A stretch of DNA of 64,000 nucleotides from Candidatus Multivoradales bacterium (GTDB lineage Bacteria > Acidobacteriota > Thermoanaerobaculia > Multivoradales > J023). The translations under genes were made by a program, and so were the position numbers. Below are positions 18,535 through 33,500 of the stretch, in pieces (the stretch's first letter is position 1; each line of letters begins with the position of its first letter). A model generated the notes under the pieces. It saw nothing but the letters and a program-made list of their open reading frames with translations. It ran no database searches and was not told where the DNA came from. The stretch spans positions 2,208,001 through 2,272,000 of the forward strand of contig CBDFLE010000005.1 of assembly GCA_965248925.1 (NCBI GenBank), given 5' to 3'.

Positions 18535-21500
18535 CTCTGCTCTCCTCTATCGTGGCCTGCACCGGTTTCAGCTTCCAACAATCGCAGTGCCTCCTCGTCA
18601 TCCATCGACTCGAGCAGTTCTAACAAATCGTCAACTTGAGTCTCGCCAGCCTCTTCGATCAGCCGCTGGTCGAGATAACTGGCCAGCTGCGCCAGCTGGG
18701 AGCGGGCGAAGATCTCCCGCACCGCGACCTCGACCCCACAAGCCGAACGAATCCTGGCCACCATCCGCATGGCCAGCAGCGAGTGTCCGCCAAGAGCGAA
18801 GAAATCATGCCGCGAGCCGATCTCCTCCTTCCCCAGCAACTCACTCCAGATCTCTGCCAGCATCTCCTCCGATGGCGAGGAGGGTTGCACGTAGATCACC
18901 TCGTCAGCGACGCCGCCAGCCAGCGGCCGCTCGACCAGGGCTCGGCGATCGATCTTGCGACTGGCGGTCCGCGGCAGAACCTCCACCGCCTCGATACGAG
19001 TGGGTACCAGGTATTCGGGTAGCGCCTGCCGCAGCCAATCCGCGAGCTCTGCGGGAGCTACCTGGTCAGCGACGAAGAAAGCCACCAATTGCAGGCCGAC
19101 AGCGGCGGCCGGCCGAGCCACGACGGCCGCTTCCGCCACCGCCGGATGGTCGAGCAGACGGCCCTCGATCTCCTCTGGCTCGATGCGCATTCCGTTGATC
19201 TTGAGCTGCTGATCAATCCGACCGAGGAACTCGAGTCGACCGTCACTGAGCACCCGGACCAGATCCCCGGTGCGGTAGAGGCGCCCGCCGGGCCGGTCGC
19301 CGAGAGCGTTCGGCACGAGCTGAAGCGCGGTGACCGCCGGACGAGCGATGTAGCCGCGCGCCAGACACCGACCACTGATCACCAGCTCCCCGGCAGCGCC
19401 TATCGGCAGCGGACGAAGGTCTCGGCCAACGACCTCGACCCGCATATCTCCCCCCGGCCGCCCCAGCGGCACCGTGCTACCACTGCCGCGCCCCCCGGTC
19501 GAGCAGCATAGGGCGGTGACGTAGACCGCCGCCTCGGTCGGCCCGTAGAGATTGATCAGCTCGACTCCAGGCAGCAGCTCGGCGCAACGTTCACGCAGGC
19601 TCTCCGGGAGCGCTTCCCCACCGCTGATCAGCTTGCGCAAGGAAGTGCAGCGACCGATCTCCGGCTCGTCGAGCAGCAGACCGAGCTGTGACGGAACCAG
19701 CTGCAGCACCGTCGCTCGGCAGCTCTGCAGGTGACCCACCAGGCTGACCAGATCTCGGTGCCCGTCGGCCGGCGCGATCTCGACCGTCAGGCCGAGCAGC
19801 AGCGGCCCGAACAGCTCCAGGATCGAGACGTCGAACACCATCGGCGTCTTCAGGACTACCCGGTCCGCGACCTCGACTATGCCGCGGCGATGTAGCCAAC
19901 GCAGGAAATTGAGCACCGCGAAGTGCGGCACCATGACCCCTTTTGGCCGTCCGGTAGAGCCCGAGGTGTAGATCACGTAGGCAAGCCGGGCGGCGGCGCA
20001 GCGGTCCTCCAACGGCTTGTCGGAATAGGCGTCAATGGCGTCCGCATCGCGCCGCAGGTCAATCCGCTGAACCTCGAGGTCGGCCAGTAACCGCCCCTCG
20101 TCCCCGGCGGTGAGGACGACTTCGATCCCGGCATCTCGCAACTGGGTTTCGAGGCGCTCTCGGGGGGTCGCGGCGGCCAGCGGTACGTAGGCGCCACCGC
20201 TCTTGAGAATCGCCAGAGTGGCGACCGGCAGCTCCAGACAGCGCGCCATCAGCAACCCCACGCGGGCCTCGGCGACGACCCCCTCCGCGCGTAGCCGGCG
20301 AGCCAGCCGATTGGCCGCAGCATCCAGCTGGCGATAGCTCAGCTCGGTATCAGCGAAGCGAAGGGCGCTGCGCTCGGGGTTACTAGCCGCCTGCACGGCA
20401 AACAGCCCGTGCAGGGTCGCCTCGGCGTCGTCCGTTTGCCCGCAGGCGGTATCGTTCCACTCCTGGAGCAGCTGTTGAAGCTCGCTGGCGGCGAGCACCG
20501 GAAGTGCGCTCAGCGGTCGTTGGGGATCTATCAAGGCGGCGCCGAGCAGCGCTTGCAAATGATGCGCGAAACGGCTGGCGGTAGTGCTGTCGAAGAGGTC
20601 GGTATTGTAGACCAACGAACCACCCACCGCCCGGCCATCATCCAACACCCCGAAGCTGAGGTCGAATTGGGCGTCGACCCTGGCACCGTCCAGCGGTCGC
20701 ACTTCGACCTCCCCCAGGTCGAGTTCCAGGGGTTCGGTCTGCTCGAAGTTGATCAATGCCTGGACCAGGGGCGAACGACTCAGATCACGGGCCGGCTGAA
20801 GCGCCTCGACGAGCTTTTCGAAGGGCAAGTCTTGGTGGGCCGAGGCCTGCAAGGTGGCCTCCCGACAACGCCGAACCAAGGTCTCGAAGGATGGATCTTC
20901 AGCCAGGTCGGCGCGCAGCACCAGGGTGTTGACGAAACAGCCGATCAGCCCTTCTGTGGCGAGCTGCGAGCGCCCCGCCACCGGCGCACCGACCAGGAAG
21001 TCCAGGGCTCCGCCAAAACGTGATAGCAGGGCTTCGAAAGCGGCCAGCAGAGCGATGAAGAGAGTGGCGTGCCGGCGGCGGCAGAATTCGCGTAGCGCCG
21101 CGCTGGTCTCCCCGGACAAGCCGAATCCGGCCTGTGCACCGCGGTGGGTCATTACCCTGGGCCGCGGTCGGTCGGTGATCAAAGGCAAGGCCATCGGCGC
21201 ACCATCGAGCATCATCTGCCAACCTTGCACCAGCGTCGCCAGGGGTTGGTCGCGTAACCAGCCGCGCTGCCAGGCGGCGTAGTCGGCATATTGCAGCGGC
21301 AAGGGAGCCCAACTCGGCTGCTCTCCTGTCCGAGCCGCCCGGTAAGCGGCGCTCAGCTCGCGCAGCAAAATCTCCTCAGACCAGCCGTCGGTAACGATGT
21401 GGTGGAGGCCGAGCAACACGGCGTGCTCGCGGTGGTCAAGCCGCAACACCAGCGGACGCAGCAGCGGCCCCTGATCGAGAGCGTACGGATAAGCCAGCAG

Positions 21501-24500
21501 GCCATCTTGCCAGCGTTGCAGTTCGGCCTCCCGCTGCGCCGGTCGCAGCCCCTCCAGGTCGACCTGCGGTAGGGAGATCGGCACCGCTGATCGCACCACT
21601 TGACGAGGCTCGCCGTCGCGTTCGACGAAAACTGTTCGTAGCACGGCGTGGCGTTCGACCAGCCAGTGCAGAGCCATCGCCAGGGCCGCCAGATCCAAGG
21701 GACCGGAGAAGCGCACCGCCACTAGCAGATTGTAGGCGGTAAGCCAGGGGTCGAGCTGCTGCAAGAACCACAGCCGCTCCTGGGCGAAGCTCAGCGGCGG
21801 CTCCGGCTCCGTGGTCCGCACTAGTGGCGGCGGCGGCAGATCCGCGCCGCGCAGACCGCGGTCCAGCGCTCGCGCCAGATCGGCCAGCACCGGTGCCTCG
21901 AAGAGTTGGCGCAGCGCCACTTCCACCCCCAGCGCCTCGCGAATCTGGGAGATCACTCGAGTGGCCAGCAGCGAGTGGCCGCCAAGGTCGAAGAAATCAT
22001 CCTCGGGACCGACCGTCTCGAGCCCCAGAATCTGCTGCCAAACCCCGACCAGAAGCGACTCGGTAGGAGTCCGTGGAGCGCGGCGAACAGCCGCGGCCAA
22101 GCCTGCCGCCGGCAGTGCCAAAAGCGCCCCTCGATCTACCTTGCCGCTAGCCATGCGTGGCAGCTCATCGAGCATCACGTAGACACTCGGCAGCATTGTC
22201 TCGGGCAACTCGGCAGCCAGGTGCTGGCGCAGCTCGGCGGCGCTCGGAGGAGCGCCAAGAGCCACGCAATAGGCCACCAGCCGGCCCTCCGGCCCGTGGC
22301 CGGCCACCGCCACCGCTGCTGCCTGCAAGCCGGATTGCCGGTGCAGAACGGACTCGATCTCCCCCGGTTCGATCCGCACTCCCCGCACCTTGAGCTGCTG
22401 ATCGACCCGGCCGCGATACTCCAACCGGCCATCTGCCAGCCAGCGCACCCGGTCGCCGGTGCGGTAGAGCCGCGCGCCGGGCCGCGAGGGCCAAGGATCG
22501 GGTACGAAGCGCTCAGCGGTCCAGGTCGGCCGGCCGGCGTAGCCCCGCGCCAGGCCGAGGCCGCCGACCCAGAGTTCGCCGGCAGCTCCCGGCGGTACCA
22601 GCCGCATCCTCCGCGCAACCACCCGCGGGCGGAGATTGCCCACCGGACGGCCGATCGGCACCACGCTCGACGCACTAGTGCGCCGGTCGGCCGACTGGTG
22701 GCTGGCATCGATCGCGGTCTCAGTTGGCCCATAAAGATTGATCAGCGCCACGCCGAGGCGCTCACCAACCCGCTGGCGCAGGCGCTCGGGCAGTGCCTCG
22801 CCACCGCTGAACAAGCGCCGCAGCGCCGCCGGCTCGGCACTCACCGGCTCCTCGACATAGATCTGCAGCTGCGACGGCACCAGCTGTAGCACCGTGGTGC
22901 GGCGGCGTAGTACGCGACGGCCCAGGGCCGCCAGATCACGTTGCTCGCCGGCCGCTGCCAACTCCAGGGTGGCACCGGCGAGCAGCGGCGCGAAGAATTC
23001 CCACACCGAAGCATCGAAACCGAGGGAGGTCTTCTGCAACACCCGGTCGCCGCTGCCGATCGGGTAGGTCGCCTGCATCCACAACAAGCGGTTGAGAATC
23101 GCCCGCTGAGAGACCATCACCCCTTTAGGGCGACCGGTCGAGCCCGAGGTGTAGATCACGTAGGCCAGCTGATCAGGCAACGGCAGGCGCTCGACGAGTG
23201 ATGCGTCGTCACCGACCAGCTCGGCGACCCGCAGACAGCGGATGTCACCGGCCGGCGGCCGCTCGGCGGTGTCGCAGAGCAGCAGCTCGACACCGCTGTC
23301 CTCGATCAGAAAGCTCTGCCGCGCCGTCGGCAGCTCTGGATCGACCGGCACCCAGGCACCTCCAGCCGCCAGCACGCCGAGCAGCGCCAACACCATTTCC
23401 GGCGAGCGTTGTAGGCAAATCCCGACCCGCACCTCAGGACCTACACCGAGATCTAGCAACCGGGCTCCCAGGCGGCGCGACCGCTGGAGCAGCTCGGCGT
23501 AGCTCAAGCTGCCACCGACGGCCGACAGGGCCACCGCGTCCGGACGCTGCTCAGCCTGCCGAGCGATCAGCCGCCACAGCCCGAGGACCGCATCCGGGTA
23601 GGAGGTGGCGCTATCGCTGTACTCTTGCAGCAGCTGCTGGCGTTCGCTGGCGGCCAGCAGGGGAAGGCTGCTGAGCGCTGCCTCCGGCCGCTCGATCGCG
23701 ACGGCGAGCAGACGCTGCAGGTGGCCATTCAAGCGGCTGATCGTCGTCCGATCGAAGAGATCCTTGCGGAACTGCAGGGTGCCAGCGATGTGACCTTCTC
23801 GGTGCTCCAAAGACAGCACCAGGTCCATTTGCACGGCCTCACCGCGCACCCCCATAGGTTCGGCTTCGAGACCCTCCAGCTCGGCATCGGACTGCCAGCC
23901 GGCCTGCTGCACCAAGAGGGCCTGAAAAATCGGCGGGTAAGTCAGGCTACGCACCGGGTCGAGCTCTTCGACCAGCTTCTCGAACGGCAGATCCTGGTGC
24001 CGATAGGCCTCCAGCACACTGCTCTTGGTGCGCTGCAGCAGTGCCGCCAGACAGGGCTCCCCCGCCAGCTCGGCGCGCAGCACCAGAGTGTTGACGAAAA
24101 AGCCCACCAGGGACTCGGTTCCCGCATGGTGGCGGCCGGCCACCACGGTGCCGATACAGAAATCGTCCTGCCCCGAATAGCGCCCGAGCAGGGCTTGAAA
24201 AGCCGCCGTCTGCACCATGAATGGGGTCACCAGGTGCTGGCGGGCCAGGGCATCGACCGCCGCGGTCAACTCAGCCGAGAACACCACCGGCGCGAAGTCG
24301 CCAGCAGTGCTCGGCACTGACGGCCGCGGCCGGTCGATCGGCAACTCGAGCAAGGGTGGAATTCCCGCCAGCTGCTCGCGCCAATAGTCCAGCTGCCGGC
24401 CGACGGCCGCCTCCCCCATCCAGCGATGCTGCCACAGCGCCCAATCGGCAAACTGCACCTCGGGTTCGGCCAGCGGTGACTGGCGAGCCTGGCAATAGGC

Positions 24501-27500
24501 ACCGTAGAGCTCTCCCAACTCGCGCGCCATGACCCCCATCGACCAACCATCCGAGACGATGTGGTGGATCGCCAGCAGTGCCACGTGATGGTCATCCGCC
24601 AAACGCCACAGGCGGGCGCGAAACAGGGCGGAATGCTCGAGGTCGTACGACCGGTTGGCCTCGAGCCGCATCCCCCGGCGGGCCTCCGCGAGCCGGCACC
24701 CCGCCGCCAGGGAGCTCAGATCAACCACCGTCAAGAGGTCGGCAGCGAAGTCGACCAGCACCTGCGCCGGCGTCCCCGATCGGTCTTCGAAGGCGGTTCG
24801 CAGCGCCTCGTGACGCCGCACCAACTCGCTGATCGCAGCGGCAAACGCCCGCCTATCGAGGGCGCCGCGGAGGCGGAAGGCAGTCGCCAAGTTGTAGGCC
24901 GTGCTTTCCGGCCGTAGCTGATGCAGGAACCACAACTGCTGTTGCGCGAACGACAGGGGTATCGCGTCGCCACGCTCCAGGGGCTCGAGGGGCGGCAGCG
25001 GCAGAGCGCCGCCAGAGCGCCGGGAGATCTCGATCGAGGCCGCCAGCTCAGCCACCGTCGGGTGGCGCAGGACTTGCTGCAAGGCGACCTCCGTGGCGGT
25101 TACCTGACGCAGCGCCGAAGCCACTTGCAAAGCCAGCAGAGAGTGACCACCGAGAGCAAAGAAGCTATCCTCCGCCGCCACCTCCTCGACCCCCAGAAGG
25201 CGCTCAAAGGTCTGTGCCACCAAGGCTTCGAGCGGACCCATCGGCCGCTGCGGCCCGGCACTCGGGCGGATCTCCTGCAGCTCGCTGAGGGCGCGTCGAT
25301 CAAGCTTGCCGTTGGCGGTCAGCGGCAACTTCTCAAGGACGGTGACGGTCGCTGGCACCATATAGCTCGGCAACCGCTGGCCGAGATGGTCGCGCAATGC
25401 ATCCACCGCCGGGTGGTCACCCTGCGGCACCACCCAAGCCGCCAACCGGTCGGCGTCGCTGCCCGCCAGAGGCAGCGCCAACACCGCCGCCGCGACAACC
25501 GCCGGGTGGCTCTCCAGCGCCGCCTCGATCTCGCCCAGCTCAATGCGCAGGCCGCGGATTTTGACCTGCTGATCGAGCCGGCCAAAGTACTCCAAGGCAC
25601 CGTCGCTGCGCCAGCGCGCCAGATCGCCAGTGCGGTAGAGACGTTCACCCGGCACGCTCGGCGACGGTGCCGGCAGCCAGCTCTCGGCGGTCAGCGCCGG
25701 TCGCGCCCAATAGCCCCGCGCCAGCCCGACACCGGCGATGTGCAGCTCGCCGACCACCCCACCCGGCAGCCCGCGCAGATCCGGCGATAGCACCAGCAGA
25801 CGCAGATTGCCGATCGGCCGGCCGATTGGCACCCGTCCGGATTCCTCGGCCCGACCACAGGGCCAGGCGGTCACATCCACCGCCGCTTCGGTCGGGCCAT
25901 AGAGATTGTGCAGCGGGCAGCCGAGGCGCTGCCGGGTCGCTCTGACCAGCTCCGCCGGCAGCGCTTCGCCGCTCGAGATCAGCCGCCGCAGTGGCGCGCA
26001 GCGCGGCAAGCCCTCGGCCGCCAAGAACGCCCTCAGCATCGACGGCACGAAATGTAAGGTCGTCACCCGGCGACGCTCGATCAGCTCGACCAGATAGTCC
26101 GGGTCGCGATGCCCACCAGGCCGCGCCAGCACCAGACCAGCGCCAACGCTCAACGGCCAGAAAAACTCCCACACCGAAACATCGAAGCTCATTGGCGTCT
26201 TCTGCAACACCCGATCGTCGGCCTCCAGCCCGTAGGCTGCCTGCATCCACAGCAGCCGGTTGACGATCGCCCGATGGCTGTTCATGGCCCCCTTCGGCCG
26301 GCCGGTTGAGCCCGAGGTGTAAATCACGTAGGCCAAGCGGTCGGCCCCGCCCCGCCGGCAGGCAGCGAGCTGCGACTGCCGACAAACCCGCGCCAGCTCT
26401 TGCTCGAGGGAGTCGAGATAGATCAGCGGCGGTTTGACCCCAGCCAGGCGCTCGCCCAGCGCGGCGCTGGTCAGCACCAGACTCGGCGAGCTATCGTCGA
26501 CCATGAAGGCCAAACGCTGCGCGGGATACTCGGGATCGAGGGGCACATAGGCACCTCCAGCACGCAGGATGGCCACTAGCGCGATCACCAGATCGGTGCC
26601 ACGCTGCAAGCAGACCCCGACCCGGGACTCGGCACCCACCCCCCGCTCGAGCAACCAAAAGGCCAACGACGCCGAACGCTGATCGAGTTCGCCGTAGGAC
26701 AGCTCGGCGGTGCCAGAGATCACCGCGCAACGCTCCGGCCAGCGGCTGAAAGCGCGCTCCAATAGCTCCGCCAGACAATGATCCGCGGCGGCGAACTGTG
26801 CCGCACTATCGTTCCACTCCACCCGTGCCTGTTGCAGCTCGCTGGCGCTCCAAGTGGGCAACTCGAGCAGCGGCCGGTCGGCGTGCTCAGGCAGGCTAGC
26901 TAACAGCCGCTCGAGACTCGCCGCCAGGCGCCTCAGATCCACTTCAGCCAGCGTCGCACTGTCCGCTTGCAGGGTCAGCGACAGCCTGTCGAACGGTGCC
27001 GCCATCAAGGTCAGTGGATAGCCAGTGCTCTCCGAGAACCGGTAGTCGTCGACCCGCAAGCCTTGCTCGTCGGCCGAGCCGGAGGTGCGCTCCTCCGGAT
27101 AGTTCTCGAACACCAGCAAGCTGTCGAAGAGCCGAGTCGGCGGCGCCACGCCGGTAAAGGCTTGGATCACGTTCAACGGCAGGAACTCGTGCTGCCGGGC
27201 TTCGATCTGATCGCTCTGCAACTCGCCCAGCACGGCGACCGTCGCAGCTCCGTGCACCGACACTCGCACCGGAATAGTGTTGATGAACAGGCCGACCATG
27301 CGTTCGACCCCAGGCAGAGTCACCGGCCGGCCCGAGGTGACGGCGCCGAAAAGAACATCGGAGGTGCCACTCCAACGCGCCAGGAGCAAAGCCCACATCC
27401 CCTGCAAGACGGTATTGAGGGTCAGCCGGTTGCTAGCCGCGAAGGCGCGCAGATCGGCGGTGAGCTCAGCGGAAAGTAGCACCTGCCATTCGGCTCGCTC

Positions 27501-30500
27501 GGCAGCCCCGGCCTCCATCCCCCCCTCAACCTCGATGCGGCTCGGGGCTGAGAAATCCGCCAAGTGGCCACGCCAGTAACTTTCAGCCTGATCGCGATCT
27601 TGGCGCGAGATCCAGTCGATGTAGTCGCGGTAGGGGCGCGCCGCCAGCGCCGGCTCGACTTGCCCAGCCTGCTCAGCGGCGTAGCTTGAGAACACCTCGT
27701 TGAGCAGGATCGGCAGCGACCAACCATCCAACAACAGGTGGTGGAAGGTCCACAGCAAACGATGCTCGCGCGGTCCACAACGCATTAAGAACAATCGCAG
27801 GGGTGGTGTCTCAAGATCGAAACCACGCCTGGAGTCCTCATCCCGCAGCCGCGCCAGGCTCTCGTCTTGGGCAGCCCCATCGAGCTGACGCCAATCGAGC
27901 AACTCCAGCCGCGGCGCGGCTTGACGATGGACGATCTGCAGTGGCTGATCGAGATCTCGCCAATGAAACGACGTCCGCAGAATGGAATGCCGACCGATCG
28001 CTGTTCGCCAGGCCCGGTTGAAGGCAGATCGATCGAGCTCACCGACCAGCTTGCAGGTCAGCTGTTCGACGTAGACGCCAGCGGCGGGTTGCTCCAAGCT
28101 GTGGAACAGCAGACCCTGTTGCAGCGGCGCCAGCGGGTAGATGTCCTCGACATCACCGACTTGGTCAGCCAGCCGATCGAGGGTCTGCTGATCAAGTCCG
28201 GCGAGGACGAAATCCGACGGGGTGAAGCCACCCGCCGCGGGCTCCAGGCAGTGGCGGATCAACTCTCGCAGCGCCTCACGAAACCCTGCCGCCAGAGCTT
28301 CGATGGTGGCAGCCCGGTGGCACTCGCTACTGAAGTCGAAATGAGCCTGCAGCCGATGGTCGGCAATCCGCGCTCCAACCTCCAGCAGATAGACCCGCTC
28401 CTGCTGCGGGCTGAGATCGCGGCCGGCCTGCTCGGCAGCCGGGACGAACGATGATTCGGCACCCAGCACCCGATCGAGCTGCCCCAGGTAGTTGAAGCTC
28501 ACCTCGGCATCGGGCAACGGCGCGGCGGCCGCTGCCGATGAGCCCGCGGCGTAGCGCGCTAAACCGTAGGCCAACCCTTGCCGCGGCAGTGTCCGCAGGC
28601 TCTCCTTGACCTCCTTGAGAACTTCGGCGGGCTGTTCCAAACCTTGCAGATCCAGCGCCACCGGCGCGATCACCGTAAACCAGCCGACGGTGCGCGAAAC
28701 ATCGATGTCGTCCGCCAGTTCTTCCCGGCCGTGACTCTCCAAGTCGAGCAGCAATCCCGGCGCCCCAGTCCAGCGACGAAATGCCATCGCCAAGGCGGCG
28801 ATCAGCAGATCCTGCACCCGGGTGCGATAGGCGCCATGCACCTCGTTGAGTAAGGCGCGGGTTTCGGCCTCATCGAGGGAGATGCCGAGCGAGCGGGTCG
28901 ACCTTCGCCGGCCATTGCCGCTAGCGGCGGCCGGCCGCCGTGGCAGTCGCCGGCCAGCCCAGCCTCGGTCGACCGACCAATAGCGCAGCTCGTCCGCGAC
29001 CCGGGAGGACGAAGCATGCTGCCACAGCCGCTGCGCCCAACGCTGGTAGGAAGTCGTCTTCGCCGGCAGGGCGAGCGGCCGGCCGGCGGCCAGGTCGGCG
29101 TAGGCACTCTGCAGATCTTCGAGCAAGATCCGCCAGGAAACGCCGTCGATCACCAGGTGGTGAACCACCAGCAGCAGCCGACCATGCTCGCCGCTGCCCA
29201 TCTCGATCCAGCCGATCCGCAGCAGCGGACCGGCTGCGAGATCCAGGCTGGTTTGGACCGCGGCCGCCAGCTTCTCCAGAGCGGCAGAGCGGGCAACCTG
29301 CGGCAAGGCCGAAAGATCAGCCTCAAACGCCACATTCGGTCGATCAGCCGTCTCGTAGCGAGCTTGCCAACCACTGGCGCTTTCGCTAAACCTCAGTCGC
29401 AAGGCATCGTGCTGGCCGAGCAAGACCCCGACCACCGCCAGCAGCCGTGCCGGATCCAACCGCTGGCGCACCTCGAAGAGCAGCGATTGGTTGAAGTGGT
29501 GCCGGTCGGTCGCACAACTGGCGAAAAACCAACGCTGGATCGGCGTCAGCCACTGCTCGCCGGTGACCTCGCCCGCCTCGGCATCGATCGCCGGCGCCTG
29601 ACCGACCACCGCCGCCAGCTCGGCCACCGTCTGATGCAAGAAAACATCCTTCGGCAGCAGCCTGAGAGCCGCTTGGTTGGCCTTGGCGACGATCTGGATC
29701 GACAGGATCGAGTCGCCACCGAGGGCGAAGAAGTTGTCCTGGCTACCGATCCCCTCGACCCCCAAGACCTCTTCCCAGATCCGCACCAGAGTTTCTTCCA
29801 CTGGCCCCCGCGGAGCCACCAAGGAGCCCGCCAACTGCGGGCGTTGAGCCTCCGGCGCGGGCAAAGCCCGCCGATCGAGCTTGCCGTTGGCAGTCAGCGG
29901 CAGCGCCGGCAGCTCGACGAAAGCCGCAGGCACCATGTAGGCCGGCAGCCGCGCAGCCAGATGAGCGCGTAGCTCTTCAAGCGCCAGACCCGCCGCCGTC
30001 GGCACCACATAGGCCACCAACCGGATCGATTCCGCCGCGCCGTCGCGCCGCGCCATCACCGCCACCTCGGCCACCGCCTGATGCTGGCTCAGCACCGCCT
30101 CGATCTCCCCCAACTCGATGCGGAAGCCCCGCACCTTGACCTGCTGGTCGAGCCGCCCGAGATATTCCACTCCCCCATCGGCCAACCAACGACCAAGGTC
30201 CCCCGAGCGGTAAAGGCGCTCCCCCGAGTCGCAACCGTAGGGATCGGGCACGAAGCGCGCCGCGGTCAGCCCGGCACGCCCTAAATATCCCCGCGCCACG
30301 CCACCACCACCCACCACCAACTCGCCACCGACCCCCTGCGGCACCGGCTGCCCCAGCCGGTCCAGCAAGTAGAGCCGCAAATCCGCCAGCGGCTGGCCAA
30401 TAGCGCTGCCGAATCCCCCCCGCACCTCGGCCCGCAGCAGCCGGTGGTAGGTCACATGCACGGTCGTCTCGGTGATGCCGTACATGTTCACCAAGCCCGG

Positions 30501-33500
30501 CGCGTCATCGCCATGCCGATCCACCCAGGCCGATAAGGTCGACGGATCGAGTGCCTCGCCGCCGAAAATTACCCAGCGCAACGCCAGCTCGGTGGGTCGC
30601 AGCGCCTCCGCCTGGATCAATTGGCGGAAGGCCGAAGGGGTTTGATTGAGCACCGTCACCCTGGAGGTCGCCAGCAGTTTCAGGAAGCGCTCCGGCGAAC
30701 GGCTAACCCAATAGGGAACCACCACCAGCCGACCACCATAGAGCAAGGCGCCCCAAATCTCCCACACCGAAAAATCGAAGGAATAGGAGTGGAATAAGGT
30801 CCACACCTCCGTCGCGGTGAAGCGGAAGTCCGCCTTGGTCGCCCGCAGCAGCCGCAGCACCTGGCCGTGACTCACCACCACCCCCTTCGGCCGGCCGGTC
30901 GAACCCGAGGTGTAGATTACGTAGGCCGGCAGCTCGGGCTCGCCGGTCACCCAAGACGGTACCCTCTCGAGCGGCTCCGGTAGCGACTCACCCACCTCTA
31001 GCTCCACCACCGAACCGACCGCCGGCGGCAGCTGCTGGCGCAGCGCAGCGCAGGTCACCCAGACCTCCGCGCCACTATCAGCGGCGATGAAGCGCAGTCG
31101 CGCGGCCGGCAACTCTGGATCCACCGGTAGGTAAGCCGCGGCGCAGCGCAAGATCGCCAGGATCGACACCACCAGGGTGGTATCGCGGGGCAGCAGCAGC
31201 GCCACCAAGGCCCCTGGCCGCACTCCGGCGGACCACAGCTGGCCGGCCAGCGACCCGGCCGCCGCGTGCAGCTGGCCATAAGTCAGAGAGTGCCCTTCGA
31301 AGCTCAGCGCCAGCGCCTCGGGACAGCTGGCGGAGGTCGCCGCGAAAGCTTCCCACAAGCCGCCCCGCAGCTCGTAGCGCGCCCCGGTGCCGCTCCACTC
31401 TTGCAACAGTTCCTGCCGCTCAGCGGTGCTCAGCAGCGCCACCGAGGCGAGTTCGGCCTGCGGATCCTCAATCACCGCCTGCGCCAGCCGCTGCAAATAG
31501 CCCATCCAGCGCTCGATGGTGCTGGCATCGAAAATCTCGCTGCCATACTCGAAGGCCAGCGCCAAACCATCATCCTGCTCAGAAGCCAGGAGAGTCAGAT
31601 CAAACTTCGCCACCGCCGGCGCGGCCTTGAAACCCTCGACCCGCAATCCGGGCAGCTCCAGCGCCGCCGGCGCTCGCTGCTCGAAGACCAGCATCGCTTC
31701 GAATAGGGGGGTACGGCTCAGACTGCGCTCAGGCTGGAGTTCATCGACCAGCTTCTCGAACGGCACTTCCTGATGGGCGTAAACCTCCAGGGCGACCTGT
31801 CGCACCTGCTGCAGCAGGTCGACGAAAGTCGACCCCACCTCAAGCTCGCCGCGCAACACCAGGGTGTTGACGAACATCCCCACCAGGCCTTCGGTGGCGA
31901 GCTCCCCACGACCGGCCACCGGCGTGCCAAGGGTCACCTCGGACTGGCCGCTGAGACGACTGAGAAGGGCTTCGAAGAGAGCCGCCAAGACCATGAAAGG
32001 AGTCATGCTCCGAGCCCGGCCAAGCTGCCGTAAGGCGGCATAGGAGTCGGCCCCGAGGTGGCTGTGATACCTCCCTCCGGCCACACTGCGCAGCGCTAGC
32101 CGAGCCCGGTCGACGGGCAGCTCTAAACGTTCTGGAGCACCGTCGAGCTGGCCCTTCCAGAAATCGAGCTGGCGCTGCAAGAAGTCGCCGGCCAGCCAGC
32201 CCCGCTGCCAGGTCGCGTAGTCGGCATACTGCACCGGTAGGGCGGGCAGGGAGGCCACCGGCTGGCCAAGCGCCTGACGATAGAAGTGCGAGAGTTCGCT
32301 GATCATGATCTCGATCGAGCGACCATCGGACACGGTGTGATGCATGCTCAAGACAGCGACATGTTCGCTGGGCGCCAGGCGCAATAGCAGCGCCCGCAGC
32401 AGTGGCCCGCGGGCCAGGTCGAAGGGGCGGCGGGCAAAGTCGGCAACTTGGCGCTCGACTTCGCTGGCCGGGCAGCCAGCCAGCTCGACCAGCGGCATAT
32501 CCAACAGCGCCGACTGATCGATCTGCTGTCGCGGGCGGCCACCGCTATCGGGAAAAGTGGTGCGCAAGGCTTCGTGGCGGTCCACCAGCCGCCGCAGAGC
32601 TTGTCGCAGAGCCGCCACGTCGAGAGGGCCGAGAAGTCGCAAGGCCAGCGGCAGGTTGTAGGTCGAACTGCCCGGATCCAGGCGCTGCAAGAACCACAAG
32701 CGCTGCTGGGCGAAAGACAGCGGAATCTGCCGCGGGCGGCGAGCCGCGGTCAGGGGTGGCAGGGAAACTCCGCGCGCCTCGGTGACCAAGAGGCGCAGCT
32801 CGGTCGCCAGGTCGGGCAACCTGGGGGTGTCGAAGATCGACCTCAAGGGGACCTCGACCCGCAGCGCCTGGCGCAGCCGCGACACCGCCCGGGTAGCCAG
32901 CAGTGAGTTGCCTCCCTGGGCGAAGAAGTCGCTCTCGGCGCCGATCGAGTCGACCCCCAACACCTCGCTCCAGACCTCGACCAGCAGCTCCTCGATCCAA
33001 TCCCAGCGGCCGCGGCTAGATTCCTCCGGCTGTGCCTCCTCAGCCAGCCGCAGCAGGGCGCGGTGATCGATCTTACCGCTGGCCAAACGCGGCATTTCTT
33101 CGACCCCCACCAACAAGCTGGGGACCATGTACTCCGGCAACCACGAGCGCAGGTGGTCCATTAGCTCGCGCCGCTGGGTCGAGGGCAGTGGGCGGGGAAC
33201 GATCCAGGCCACCAGCGGTGCCGCCGCCTGCTGACGGATCGCCACCACGGTTTCCTCGAGCGCGGGAAAGCGCCGCAGAACCGCTTCGATCTCACCGATC
33301 TCAACCCGCGCGCCATGCACCTTGACCTGCTGGTCGAGGCGCCCGAGAATCTCTAACCGCCCCGCCGAAGTGTGTCGCGCCAGGTCTCCGGTGCGGTACA
33401 TCCGCGAACCCGCGGCGCCGAAGGGATCGGGCGCGAAGCGCTCGGCAGTCATGCCCGGCCGCCCCAGATAACCCCTTGCCAAACCGGCGCCAGCGACGTA

